Positions 24,640 to 35,500 of a stretch of DNA of 64,000 nt are shown here, piece after piece (positions within the stretch are counted from its first letter, which is position 1; the number at the start of each line of letters is the position of its first letter). The translations under genes and the position numbers were made by a program. The notes below the pieces were generated by a model. The model was given only the letters and a program-made list of their open reading frames with translations. It ran no database searches and was not told where the DNA came from. The DNA is from Octopus sinensis. Lineage: Eukaryota. The stretch lies in the NCBI RefSeq assembly GCF_006345805.1, contig NC_043001.1, forward strand, positions 121,520,001 to 121,584,000, written 5' to 3'.

Positions 24640-24780
24640 AAAATTTTTTCAAGAACGAAGAGAACGCGCATCGCTGCGCGTTGTTTGTCGTTCAAACGGT
24701 GGCGCGTCGTGATGTCATTGATGACGTCATTGCCGGAAACGGCCGATTTGGGGAGTTCAACCGTGTAACAAAATCCGTCG
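24640..24780 (-). promoter_or_regulatory. Probable promoter of the TCFL5-like gene
   Basis: Local CpG-rich patch; perfect CRE TGACGTCA 24722-24729, CRE-like TGATGTCA 24710-24717, ETS core CCGGAA 24733-24738. Confidence 0.55.
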
Positions 24781-24838
24781 GCATATACGTGTGTGTGTGT
24801 GTGTGTAAATATATACACATATATAGATATATACACGT

Positions 24839-25117
24839 GGAGGCGCAATGGCCCAGTGGTTAGGGCAGCGGACTCGCGGTTTCGATCGCGTTGTGAGTGT
24901 TTATTGAGCGAAAACACCTAAAGCTCCACGAGGCTCCGGCAGGGGGTGGTGGCGATCCCTGTTGTACTCTTTCGCCACAACTTTCTCTCACTCTTTCTTC
25001 TGTTGGCCTGCTCGCTTAGCCAGCGGGGTGGCGTCATTTGAAGGCTAAAACAATGCGAAGCGCATTGTGACCAGCGATGTGTAACAAGATCTGATGGCCT
25101 GGTCGGTCACGGTGATA
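24839..25117 (+). mobile_element. tRNA-headed SINE family C
   Basis: ggaggcgcaatggcccagtggttagggcagcggactcgcgg head; 3' fragment also at 12290-12415. Confidence 0.85.
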
Positions 25118-25269
25118 TACATACACACACACATATGTTTAATCCATTAGCATTCAGATACCTCTGTTAAATGTTATGCTTATTTACTCACATAGTTTTC
25201 AATTAATCACGCATGATTTTCTTGCTTCAAGATTTCCATAATATGATTGTTTGGTTCCTTCTCAAGCCA

Positions 25270-25543
25270 TCTCTGGCTCATAAGGGCCGGTTTCCCATTT
25301 TCCTTGACGTATAGGATTCCCCACCTGGACGGGAGGCCGGTCCGTCGCAGGGGAGCTGCAAGAAGCAGGAGGAAAGAGTGAGAGAAAGTTGTGGCGAAAG
25401 AGTCAGCAGAAGTTCGCCAAAATATTCTGCCAGGGCCCCGTGGAGCTTATGTGTTTCGCTCATAAATACACACATCGCCTGGTTTGAGATTCGAACCCGC
25501 GATCCCTCGACCGCTGCTCTAACCACTAGGCCATGTGCCTCCA
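25270..25543 (-). mobile_element. SINE family C, other tail variant
   Basis: Same head, tail gaaaccggcccttatgagcc. Confidence 0.85.
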
Positions 25544-26106
25544 CTCAATAATATGATTGCTAAACTTTATTCTTTGAATAAAAACCAATCTCTTCAATGA
25601 CAGAGTCTCCTATATGTCACTCAGTTTGCTAGAAATACCAGGTATATCCACTTGGAATTACATTTTACCATCTTTAAAAAAGAAAGACATAACTAGAAAG
25701 TGTTGTCTGAGGTGTACTGTACCATAAAAATCTACCGGCATGATCATAACTGGAATAACAAACCAAGCACTACTCATACCAAGAAAACACCTGCTAAACA
25801 TGAGAAGCACTCAACTAAAGCTCTCATGGTCACTCCAAATGTTAAGCTTCACTATCAGCAATGTTCTCTCCTTGCATACCCTTAAACATATCTATGACCA
25901 CAAGCAAATACTGGCACATGTACAGGGTCAAAAAACATGTCCCTTGTTTTCTTGAACATATAGTCAAAACTCAAGGTTTACTTTACCTTTAGATAGAGGA
26001 AGTGCTGGATTAACCATTAAGTAAAATGAGCACATGCTTGGGGTATCATAGAAAGGGGCACCATAGAAATGGTAATTGGTTTACAGCACTAAAGAAATCA
26101 TTTTAG

Positions 26107-26414
26107 CCCCTTACCCAACAATTATTTTGAAAATAAATGTATTTTTTCAGACATATTTTTTAATTGTTTTATTTTACTATGTTTTGAATGGTGATTTCGA
26201 GGTATATTTCAAACCTTATTTATTATGAATTTTAATTCAATAATATTGATATTAAATTACCGCTTTGGGCAGAAACAAGTTAACCCGTTTTTAGACGAAG
26301 GAACTCGTTTGCTGTCGATTTTGGCGAGTCTATCTTTTGACGAGTTAACTCGCCAGAGATAGAAAAAAACGATTTCGGTCAAAACGAATATATTCGTTTC
26401 TGCCGGGTAAGGGG
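26107..26414. mobile_element. piggyBac-type MITE
   Basis: TIR CCCCTTACCC / GGGTAAGGGG, TTAA at right end. Confidence 0.7.
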
Positions 26415-26670
26415 TTAAACTTGCTAAGATAATATTCAGGATACCTTCTCTCTACTAAATATAGAAGCAGGTGTGTTATGTAAGATTAATTTTGAGGACC
26501 TAATCAAAGCAATTTAAAAAAACTAAGAGGAAACATTTCAAATATAAATAAAGGGGAAGTGTACAAAAATAAACATTATTTTCCATCTTACTCTAAGTTT
26601 TGTTTCATTTTGAAAAATAAATATTTATTTTATGGTTTATTATTGTTTATATTTTGAATTACATACATAT

Positions 26671-27079
26671 GAGAAGACCCATCAAGCCAAGTGAAATTGT
26701 AGTCATGGCCGATTGTGGTGTCACATAACTGGCACAATAAGAGCACCTTTCGAGCATTGGGCCTTACAGAGGCAAAGTGGCTGAGTTCCTTTTGAGAATT
26801 GGACCTCACGAAGGCAATGACCTAGGCCTTTGGCATTATGTCATGCTTGAGAAGAAGACCCATCAAGCTGAGCAAAATCGTGGTCATGGAAGGTACTGGT
26901 GTCAAGGAAATGGCACCCATTACACCCTCGGAGTGGTTGGCATTAGGAAGGGCATCCAGCCATAGAAAGCCATGCCAAATCAAACTGGAACCTGGTGCAG
27001 CTCTCTGGCTCATCAGTTCCAGTCAAACTGTCTAACCCATGCCAGCATGGACAACATATGTTAAATGATGATGATGATG
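26671..27079 (+). mobile_element. RTE 3' end fragment
   Basis: gagaagacccatcaagcc...ggaagggcatccagc...gatgatg. Confidence 0.85.
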
Positions 27080-27262
27080 GGAGCACCAAAATCTTTGAAG
27101 TGCTTAAGACCTCTGTGGGTTGTAATTTTCCCCTTGGTAGTATGTCCTATGATATTAAAGCTTATGCCCAGACAGTAGGCCTGTGACATGTCTTGAGGCC
27201 AGCTCACCAGTTTTGTATACTTTATTCAAATACCCATAGCAGCAAGTCAGTATATAGAGGTT

Positions 27263-27607
27263 TTATTACCTCCGCCTTAGCGAAGGTGGAGGTATTGTTT
27301 TCAGTTGTGTTTGTTTGTTTGTCCGCAGACAAGATATCTCAAGAACTGCTGGATGGATCCAGATGAAACTTTCAGGGATGTTTGGCCTCGTAACTGGCAC
27401 AAGCTGATTAGATTTTGGGATCAATCTGGTACCAGACTAGGATTCTTTAATATTCTCCCTGCATTTTTTAAACTTCATATTTGAGAGCGTTTGGGTTCAG
27501 TTTTAATATTCTCGTTTGTGAGAGCAGTCGAGTTTATTTCAGATATTCTCATTTAAAAAAAATCATCTCTGGCTAATCATTGAGAGGACGGCAGAGGTTT
27601 GTGCTCT
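27263..27607 (+). mobile_element. Helentron/DINE-1-like non-autonomous element
   Basis: 5' ttattACCTCCGCC, nearby inverted ggtggaggt, (GTTT)n tract, 3' ggcagaggt..gtgctct. Confidence 0.65.
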
Positions 27608-28449
27608 TGTTGTTCACTGTGATGTCAGCAAAATATAATTTTTGCTATATCATTCAGTAGTGCATCATTCTTTCCCTTAATTTAGCTAAATACACATCAC
27701 TTGCCTACTTGAGTCATTTATCTTAGATCAGTTTGTATTTTTTAATCATGAAGATTATACTTGCCAAAAATTATTTTTAACTCTTTTTCAAAAGATAAAA
27801 AAATGCCAAATGTTCAAAGCAACCATGATTGAATAGACAAGGTTCTCTAAGAATGACACAAATCTTTTGATTGCAGAAAAAGAGTGGCTTTTCTTGCTAA
27901 GCATATTAATTCATTTCCAGAGATATACAGGTAGACCTCAACTGAGGTCTTTTCAAGTAGATGAGTGCAACCAATAAGGAGCTGTAAAGAGGGATAAAGG
28001 TGGTGGCAACATCTTGTCAGAGTGGGCTCCAGAGACAGAAGAACAAGAAAGATGGGTGGGTTGAGATTGCAAGGGTGTATGGAGTGTGTGAGGGATGGTT
28101 AGAGATGGGGTAGGTGTACAAATATACTGAATGACAGACGAGTTGAAGTGAGAGGGGTCAATGATAAATACAAGTTGGATGAAATTTAGAGGGAGAGCAG
28201 AAGATTAAAGATTAGGAAAGGTTGTGGGGTGAATGTATTAATCATACAAATATAATAGACTGCTTCTTAGACTTTTCCAAATCTTCAGATAATGGTTTAC
28301 ATTGGCCAGAATCTTCACAGTTTAGTCATAGAAGTCAATAGGTCATCACCAGTTATTGCTTTGACAATGGCCTTACTTCTGTGTGAGGAAGTAATTAATC
28401 AAAAGTTTTTTGGTGGGGAGGGGGAGGTCATATAACATTGTAATTAATC

Positions 28450-28970
28450 TTTTACTTGTTTCAGTCATCTGACTGGCCATGCTGGAGCACTGCCTTTAGT
28501 CAAGCACATTGACCCCAGGACTTATTCTTTCTAAGCCTAGTACTTATTCTATCGGTCTCTTTCGCCAAACCACTAAGTTACAGGGATGTAAACACACCAG
28601 CATTGGTTGTCAAGCAATGTTGGGGGGGACAAACACAGACACACCAACATATACATACACACACATGCACATATATATATATATACATACAACAGGCTTC
28701 TTTCAGTTTCCTTCAACCAGATTCACTCACAAGGCTTTGGTCGGCCCGAGGCTATAGTAGAAGACATTTGCTCAAGGTACCATGCAGTGGGACTGAACCC
28801 GGAACCATGTAGTTCGTAAGCAAGCTACTTACCACACAGCCACTCCTATGCTCACAAGGCTGATTGGTCTGAGGCTATAATAGAAGACACTTGTGCAAGG
28901 TGCTAAACAGTGGAACTAAACCAGGAACCATTTGGTTGGGAAATAAATTTTTTACCACACAGGCATGCCT
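28450..28970 (-). mobile_element. SINE family B plus a partial second 5' half
   Basis: Family B body. Confidence 0.88.
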
Positions 28971-29512
28971 GTGACATGATTGTTCCCAAAAATGTCTCAG
29001 AAACTAAAAAAATATAAAAAAAAAGAAAAAGAAAGGAAAGCTTCACCCTGGGTCCTCTATTAGATAGTGCATGCTTTTAGGCACTAAAACCCATTTTTTC
29101 CCTCTGAATATGTATTGGTGGACCTGGAATGTATGTAATACGCCCCTCTGTCTTTTATGACATCAAACATGGTATATACAATGTTTTGCTGTCTCGTAAA
29201 CTTTAACTCATGACAACAGGAAATGATGTATAATAAACAATAGCTAATAATCTATTTGTCATAACATGTGAGCGAATGTTACACTGTCAATAGGTAAATA
29301 ACCTCATCGTGACCTCAATTGTTAGTATTTGCTGTAGTCAGAGGATCAGGAAGGTGGTGGATGGGGAAGAAACACGTGAAAGGGGGAAAGATGACAAAGG
29401 TTAGAGAGAGAATATAAAACGAGAAAGGAAAACTATTATGAAAAACAATGAGGTGCTAAACACTAGAATTTTCTAATTTTTATTTACTGGTCCTCAAAAT
29501 ATTTCTGTTTAA

Positions 29513-29869
29513 CCCTTTCGTTACCAACCCGGCTGAAACTGGCTCTGGTTCTGAGTACAAATGTCTTGTTTTCATACGTTTTCAATTAAAATCTTCCACC
29601 AAACCTTAGTCACAATTTATGTTCCTAACATTAGCTTAATGATAACTAAGTTATTTTACTAATTTCTTTGTTATATTTATAATTAAAAGAAAGAAACACA
29701 GAGCATCTCAACAGAAATATGGTCACAAAAGGGTTAAAATATATAATAGAGAAACAATTCTTAACCCTTTCGATACCAACCTGGCTGAAACCACCTCTGA
29801 TTCTGTAGTACAAATGTCTTGTTTTCAAGAAACACAGAGCATCTCAAAATAAATACAGTAACGAAAGGG
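29513..29869. mobile_element. Two tandem piggyBac-type MITEs, CCCTTTCG family (29513-29733; deleted copy 29765-29869)
   Basis: TTAA-CCCTTTCG...AAAGGG-TTAA. Confidence 0.85.
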
Positions 29870-29892
29870 TTAAGTTTATATCTCCTTTTCTA

Positions 29893-30537
29893 TCATCATC
29901 GATTAACATCCGCTTTCCATGCTGGCATGGGTTGGACAGTTTTACAGAGGACTGGTAAGCCGGGAGGTTGCACCAGGTTCCAATCTGATCTCACAAAGTT
30001 TCTACAGTTGGATGCCCTTCCTAATGCCGACCACTCAGAGTGTAGTGAGTGCTTTTTACATTCCACCAGCACTGGCATCAACCACGCACAAATGGTGCTT
30101 TTTACGTGCCACTAGCATGGGAGCCAGTCAGGCGGCACTGGAAACGACCACACTTGAATGGTGTTTTTTACATGCCACCAGCATGGGAGCCAGTCAGGCA
30201 GCACTGGCAACAACCACGCTCAAATTGTGCTTTCTACATGCCACCAGAATTGATCACGTTCAGACGGTGCTTTTTACATGCCAGTTGGATGGCACTGGTA
30301 TCATACACACTTGAATGCTGCTTTTACATTCCACTGGCATGGGAGCCAGTCAAGCAGCAATGACAACAACCATGCTCAAATGGTGCTTTTTATGTCCCAC
30401 CATCATGGGAGCCAGTCAGGTGGCACTAGCAACGACCATGCTCGAATGGTGCTTTTTACATGCCAACAGCATGGGAGCCAATTAGGCAGCACTGGCAACA
30501 ATCACGCTTGAATGGTGTTTTTTATGTGCCACTGGCA
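29893..30537 (-). mobile_element. RTE 3' UTR fragment with about 8 degenerate ~66-nt units
   Basis: Repeated ggtgctttttac motif and RTE tail. Confidence 0.85.
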
Positions 30538-31502
30538 CATATAACTTCAATGTATTGTCTAGTTCTTGAAGATTTGAGTACATAATATAATTGCTTCTCA
30601 GATGTGCTTTGTACTTTTTTGCTTAGAACAGTGCTCCTGATTTCTTTTAATTACTAAAAATTAAATTGCTGGAAATTTGTTGTCTTCAAGGTCTCGCTCG
30701 ATCTCGATTTTCAGTATGAATACGGACCGCAAAAGCATGGCTCATCGATCCTTTCCGAAAGAAATAATTATTAGCCAGGCTCTAGGATGCATCACAAATT
30801 TGACACACATGTGCTTGTCCCTCTATCATATAATACCATTTAATACCTGGCAAAAACCAACTTCTCCTCTCATTTACAACTATCCTGTGATGTCAAAACA
30901 GTAACACACATGTGACAAGCTTCTTTCAGTTTCCATCTACCAAAATCCACTCATGATACTTTGGTCAGCCTGGGATTGTAGTAGAAGGAACAAAAAGATA
31001 AAAGGTCCTTCCTGAGCCATAGGTTCATAATGCTGGTTTCCAGAGCTTGTAGCGTATATATTCCGACACTGGATGGGACGCCAGTCCATCAAAAGATTAT
31101 TCAGTTATGCCAGCTAAGTGGACTCAAGGAGCATGAAATGAAGTGTTTTACTCAAGAACAACTAAGTACCGCAAAGTTCAGGAATTGAAACCACAAACTC
31201 ACAATCACATATGCAACACCATAACCAGAAAGCTACATGTTTCCAGACATTTACCCAAAGGGCCATGCATGTGACTGAACCTGAAATCATGTGGTTTGGA
31301 AGCAAACTTCTTACCACATGGCCATGCCTGCACCAATTACCCACTTAGAAAATCTACTTATGTTCCCAAGCAAAATACATAAACATTGTTTGCTGCACTT
31401 TGTTTGAATTAATCGAAACAGTTTCATACCACTTCACAGCAGATTATGGCAGTAGAAAAAGAATCCAACTGAAAACCTGAATTACACATCATCATCATTT
31501 AA

Positions 31503-31709
31503 CCCTTTAGTGTTTAAACTGGCCATATCCGGCCGAAGTTTTCTACCTATTTTATGTTTAAACTGACCAGATCAGGCCTCTCACACCTAACCTACATTGA
31601 CATTCTAAAAATGAACAATTACGTCATTGAAACCTCAAAGCTATAAAATAATGCATGAGTAATTAAAAACAATTATTACATTTAACAGAGTAAGCTGAAC
31701 ATTAAAGGG
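31503..31709. mobile_element. piggyBac-type MITE, CCCTTTAG family
   Basis: TTAA-CCCTTTAG...AAAGGG-TTAA. Confidence 0.85.
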
Positions 31710-31939
31710 TTAATGTTAGTTTTCTATATTGGCATAAGTTGGACGGTTTGATGGGAGTAAAGTGGTTGGCATTAGGAGGGGCATCCAGCTGTACAAACAC
31801 TGCCAGATCAGACTGGAGCCTGGTGCAGCCTCCTGGTTTCCAAGACCCAGTCGAACCGCCCAACCGATGCTAGCATGGATAAACGATGATCATCATCATT
31901 TAATGTTGGTTTTCCATACTGGCATAAGTTGGACAGTTT

Positions 31940-32163
31940 GCTGGCAGAAACGTTAGCACGTCGGGCGAAATGCGTAGCCATATTTCGTCTGTCGTTACGT
32001 TCTGAGTTCAAATTCCGCCGAGGTCGACTTTGCCTTTCATCCTTTCGGGGTCGATAAATTAAGTACCAGTTACGCACTGGGGTCGATGTAATCGACTTAA
32101 TACCTATGTCTGTCCTTGTTTGTCCCCCTCTGTGTTTAGCCCCTTGTGGGTAATAAAGAAATA
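31940..32163 (+). mobile_element. SINE family A
   Basis: Near-identical to 2082-2305. Confidence 0.9.
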
Positions 32164-32473
32164 GGTTTGACGGGAGTAAAGTGGCTGGCATTAGGAAGAG
32201 TGACCATGTAAACGTTTCACTACGAAGTTATAAAAAAAAAAAAAGGAAAACATATTTGATATCTTTTTAATTAACAAAAAAAAAAATAAAAAATAAAAAA
32301 AATAAAAACAACAAAGAATGATGATGATGCTGTTTTCCAGTGGGGGTTTTTATGTACATGTTATGTTGAAGATGTGACTCTAGATATTGTTTTTTGTTTT
32401 GTTTTTTAAATTTTGTACAATATAAAATGATCTGATTAGCAAATGAGATGACCCGGGTTTGGTGGTCACTGGC

Positions 32474-32569
32474 TCAACTCTGGACTGTACACTGGCTGTT
32501 GACAAACTGGGTTAGTTCCATCACTTTACGCTTGTATGTGTTCACACTGGTCATTAACAAGTCGTGCAA
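32474..32569 (-). CDS. NUP160: NUP160 terminal coding exon LHDLLMTSVNTYKRKVMELTQFVNSQCTVQS*
   Basis: ttctctcgtttcag acceptor, TGA at 32476-32474. Confidence 0.88.
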   Translation of the reverse strand: MHDLLMTSVNTYKRKVMELTQFVNSQCTVQS

Positions 32570-35500
32570 CTGAAACGAGAGAAGCATTGGGTTAGAAGAT
32601 GGCATTCAAGTGGAGAGATGAGAATGCGTGTATGAGAGAATGTACCTGAGCATATATGTCTGTGTGTGTGTGTGTGTGTGTGTGTATGTTTATTCATGAG
32701 AGAGAATCTGTTGCTTAGCTTTATATCAGTCCTGATAAAAAGTTTCAATTTGATTTGGCAAAGTTTCTAGGGCTGGATGCCCGCCCCCAAACGCCAACCA
32801 CTCTGTGAGTGTAGAGGGTGCATTTTATGTGTCATGCTGGAGCACTGCCTTTTAGTCACAGAAATCGACTTATTCTTCCTAAGCCTAGCACTTACCCTAT
32901 CAGTCTCTTTGTTGGACCGCTAAGTTATGGGGACATAAATACACCAACATTGGTTGTCAAGCGATGGTGGGGGAACAAATAGACACAATCACACACACAC
33001 ATATACATATGACGGGATTCTTTCAGTTTCCGTCTACCAAATCCACTGACAAGGATTTGGTTGGCCTGAGGCACATGCTCAAGGTGCTATGCAGTGGGAA
33101 CTGAACCCCGGACCATGTGGCTCAGAAGCAAGCTTCTTACCACACAGCCACACCTGCACCTAATGAGTCATAATTTTTAATAGGTTGTTGTATACCAAGG
33201 AAAAAGTTATCCTGGCAGAGTCCACCACACTGTCTGGTAATGACACAGCTGTAATTTGATGAAATGAAGAATTAAGAGAAGTAGAATGACCAAAGTGGAG
33301 GTGCAATGGCCCAGTGGTTAGGGCAGCAAACTCGCGGTCGGAGGATCATGGTTTCGCTTCCCAAACCGGGCGTTATGTGTGTTTATTGAGCAAAAACACC
33401 TAAAGCTTCACGAGGCTCTGGCAGGGGGTAGTGGTGACCCCTGTTGTACTCTTTCACCCCAACTTTCTCTCACTCTTTCTTCCTGTTTCTTGAGTAACAC
33501 TGCAATGGACTGGCAGTCCCGTCCAGCTGGGGGAAACACATATGCCACAGAAACCTGAGCCTGGCTAGGCTTGAAAAGGGCAAATAAATAAATAAGAATG
33601 ACCCAAACAGAGAATAGAACCAGAAGCACAAACTCAAATTGTAAGGGTTTTATCACCATTCCAAGGTAGGTTGGTAACAGTGTGTATGTACGTGTATGCA
33701 GATGCATGTGCATGTGTGTGTGTGTGTATGCACAAAGATAAAGAGGTAAACAGAGTTGGCAAAATAATTTAATGCATTTTCATTAAGGAAAAAAAAAAAA
33801 ATTCAAAGATAATCAAAGAACCACAAGGATGAAAAATAAAATCCCACCTCTTTATATCGGCTGTTGTGATTTTCTTCTTGGAGTGTCACAAAGATTTGGT
33901 CAATACTTGTTAATGGTATCCATAAAGAAAACGGTTTGTTTATTATGTATCCCTGTGGAGAGAGTAAATTAAGCAGACAAATGAGTTTCATAGTTGATGA
34001 TTTTAATGAACTGTATTTTAACATGTATAAGGAACCCTTTTTTGTCAAAAATTAGGTTAAAAAAATATGGGAGTTTCTTATACATGAACAGTATTACAAT
34101 CCCTTACAAAACCTTTTCTCCAAATTTTAAACCCCCAAAATTAGGGGGTTCCTTATAAATGTTAAAATACGGTAATTTTTATATAATTAAGTGTAGGAAT
34201 GGCTGTGTGGTGAAAAGCTTGCTTCCCAGCCACATGGTTCTGGGTTCAGTCTCACTGCGTGGCACCATGGCCAAGTGTCTTCTACTATAGCCTTGAGCTG
34301 AGTAAAGACTTGTGAGTGGATTTGGTAAACAGAAACTGAAAGAAGCCCATCTTATATATGTGTGTTTATCCCCTATCACCACTTGACAACCTGTGCTGAT
34401 GTGTTTACATCCCTGTAACTTAGTGGTTCATCAAATGATAATGATAGAATAAGGACCAGGCTTAAAAAACCCCCCAAAAACAATGTAGTGAGGTTGATTT
34501 GCTACAGTAAAATTTTTCAAGGCAGTGCTCCAGCATGGCCACAGTCTGATAACTGGAACAAGTAAAGGATAAATTATCACTACCATGTTTATCTCTCTTT
34601 CAGCTACTCTTGCCATCTTCGTATAATGCAAGGTAACCCTGGGTCTCCTCTGTAGCAAGATGCTGGTCTTTGTCCCACATACTTTAGCTTCTCAACACCC
34701 AGCATAAAACCGTTTCCCCACCCCAAATAAACCATCTCTAGATGAGGCAGCTTTTTCTTTTTCACTGGTGCTAGTGTTACTGTATCAGGACAATTTCCCC
34801 CGACAATAACTATCTCCTAGGACAATTACCCTCTCTCCAATTTATTAAGTTTAAAATCATAATCTGTTGTCCTCAGGAGTAATTTACCTATTTCTTTATT
34901 ACCCACAAGGGGCTAAACATAGAGGGGACAAACAAAGACAGACATAGGTATTAAGTCGATTACATCGACCCCAGTGCATAACTGGTACTTAATTTATTGA
35001 CCCCGAAAGGATGAAAGGCAAAGTCGACCTCAGCGGAATTTGAACTTACAACGTAACGACAGACGAAATACAGCTACGCATTTCGCCCGGCATGCTAACG
35101 TTTCTGCCAGCTCACCACCACACCCATGGAGACATTTATTTTACAATTAGTGTCTGATACCAAGGCAAATAGTCTCTCTCTGTCTTTCTCACACACACAC
35201 AATGGGTTTCTTTTCAATTTCTGCCAACAAATTTTACTCACAAAACTTTTCTTGGCCTCGAGCTCCAGAGTTAAGGTCATGGTAGTGTCATGTGGGACTG
35301 AACCTGAAACCCTCTCTAAGCATTTCGTTAACAAAAGAAATCAGAACAGCTTCCGTTGCCAGTTAAATCGCAACTCATTTTCACAATATCAGAACCAAGA
35401 GACATAGGGATTCAAATAAAGCTTTGTTTCTTTCATTTTATTTGCACGGCTGTGAGGTAAGAAGTTTGTTTCCCAACTACATGGTTCTGGGTTAAGTCCC

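Noticed and set aside
31720-32200. Duplicated junction of inverted and forward RTE fragments with a SINE in the second copy
   Set aside because: Explained by local duplication plus nested insertion; no sign of a distinct element.
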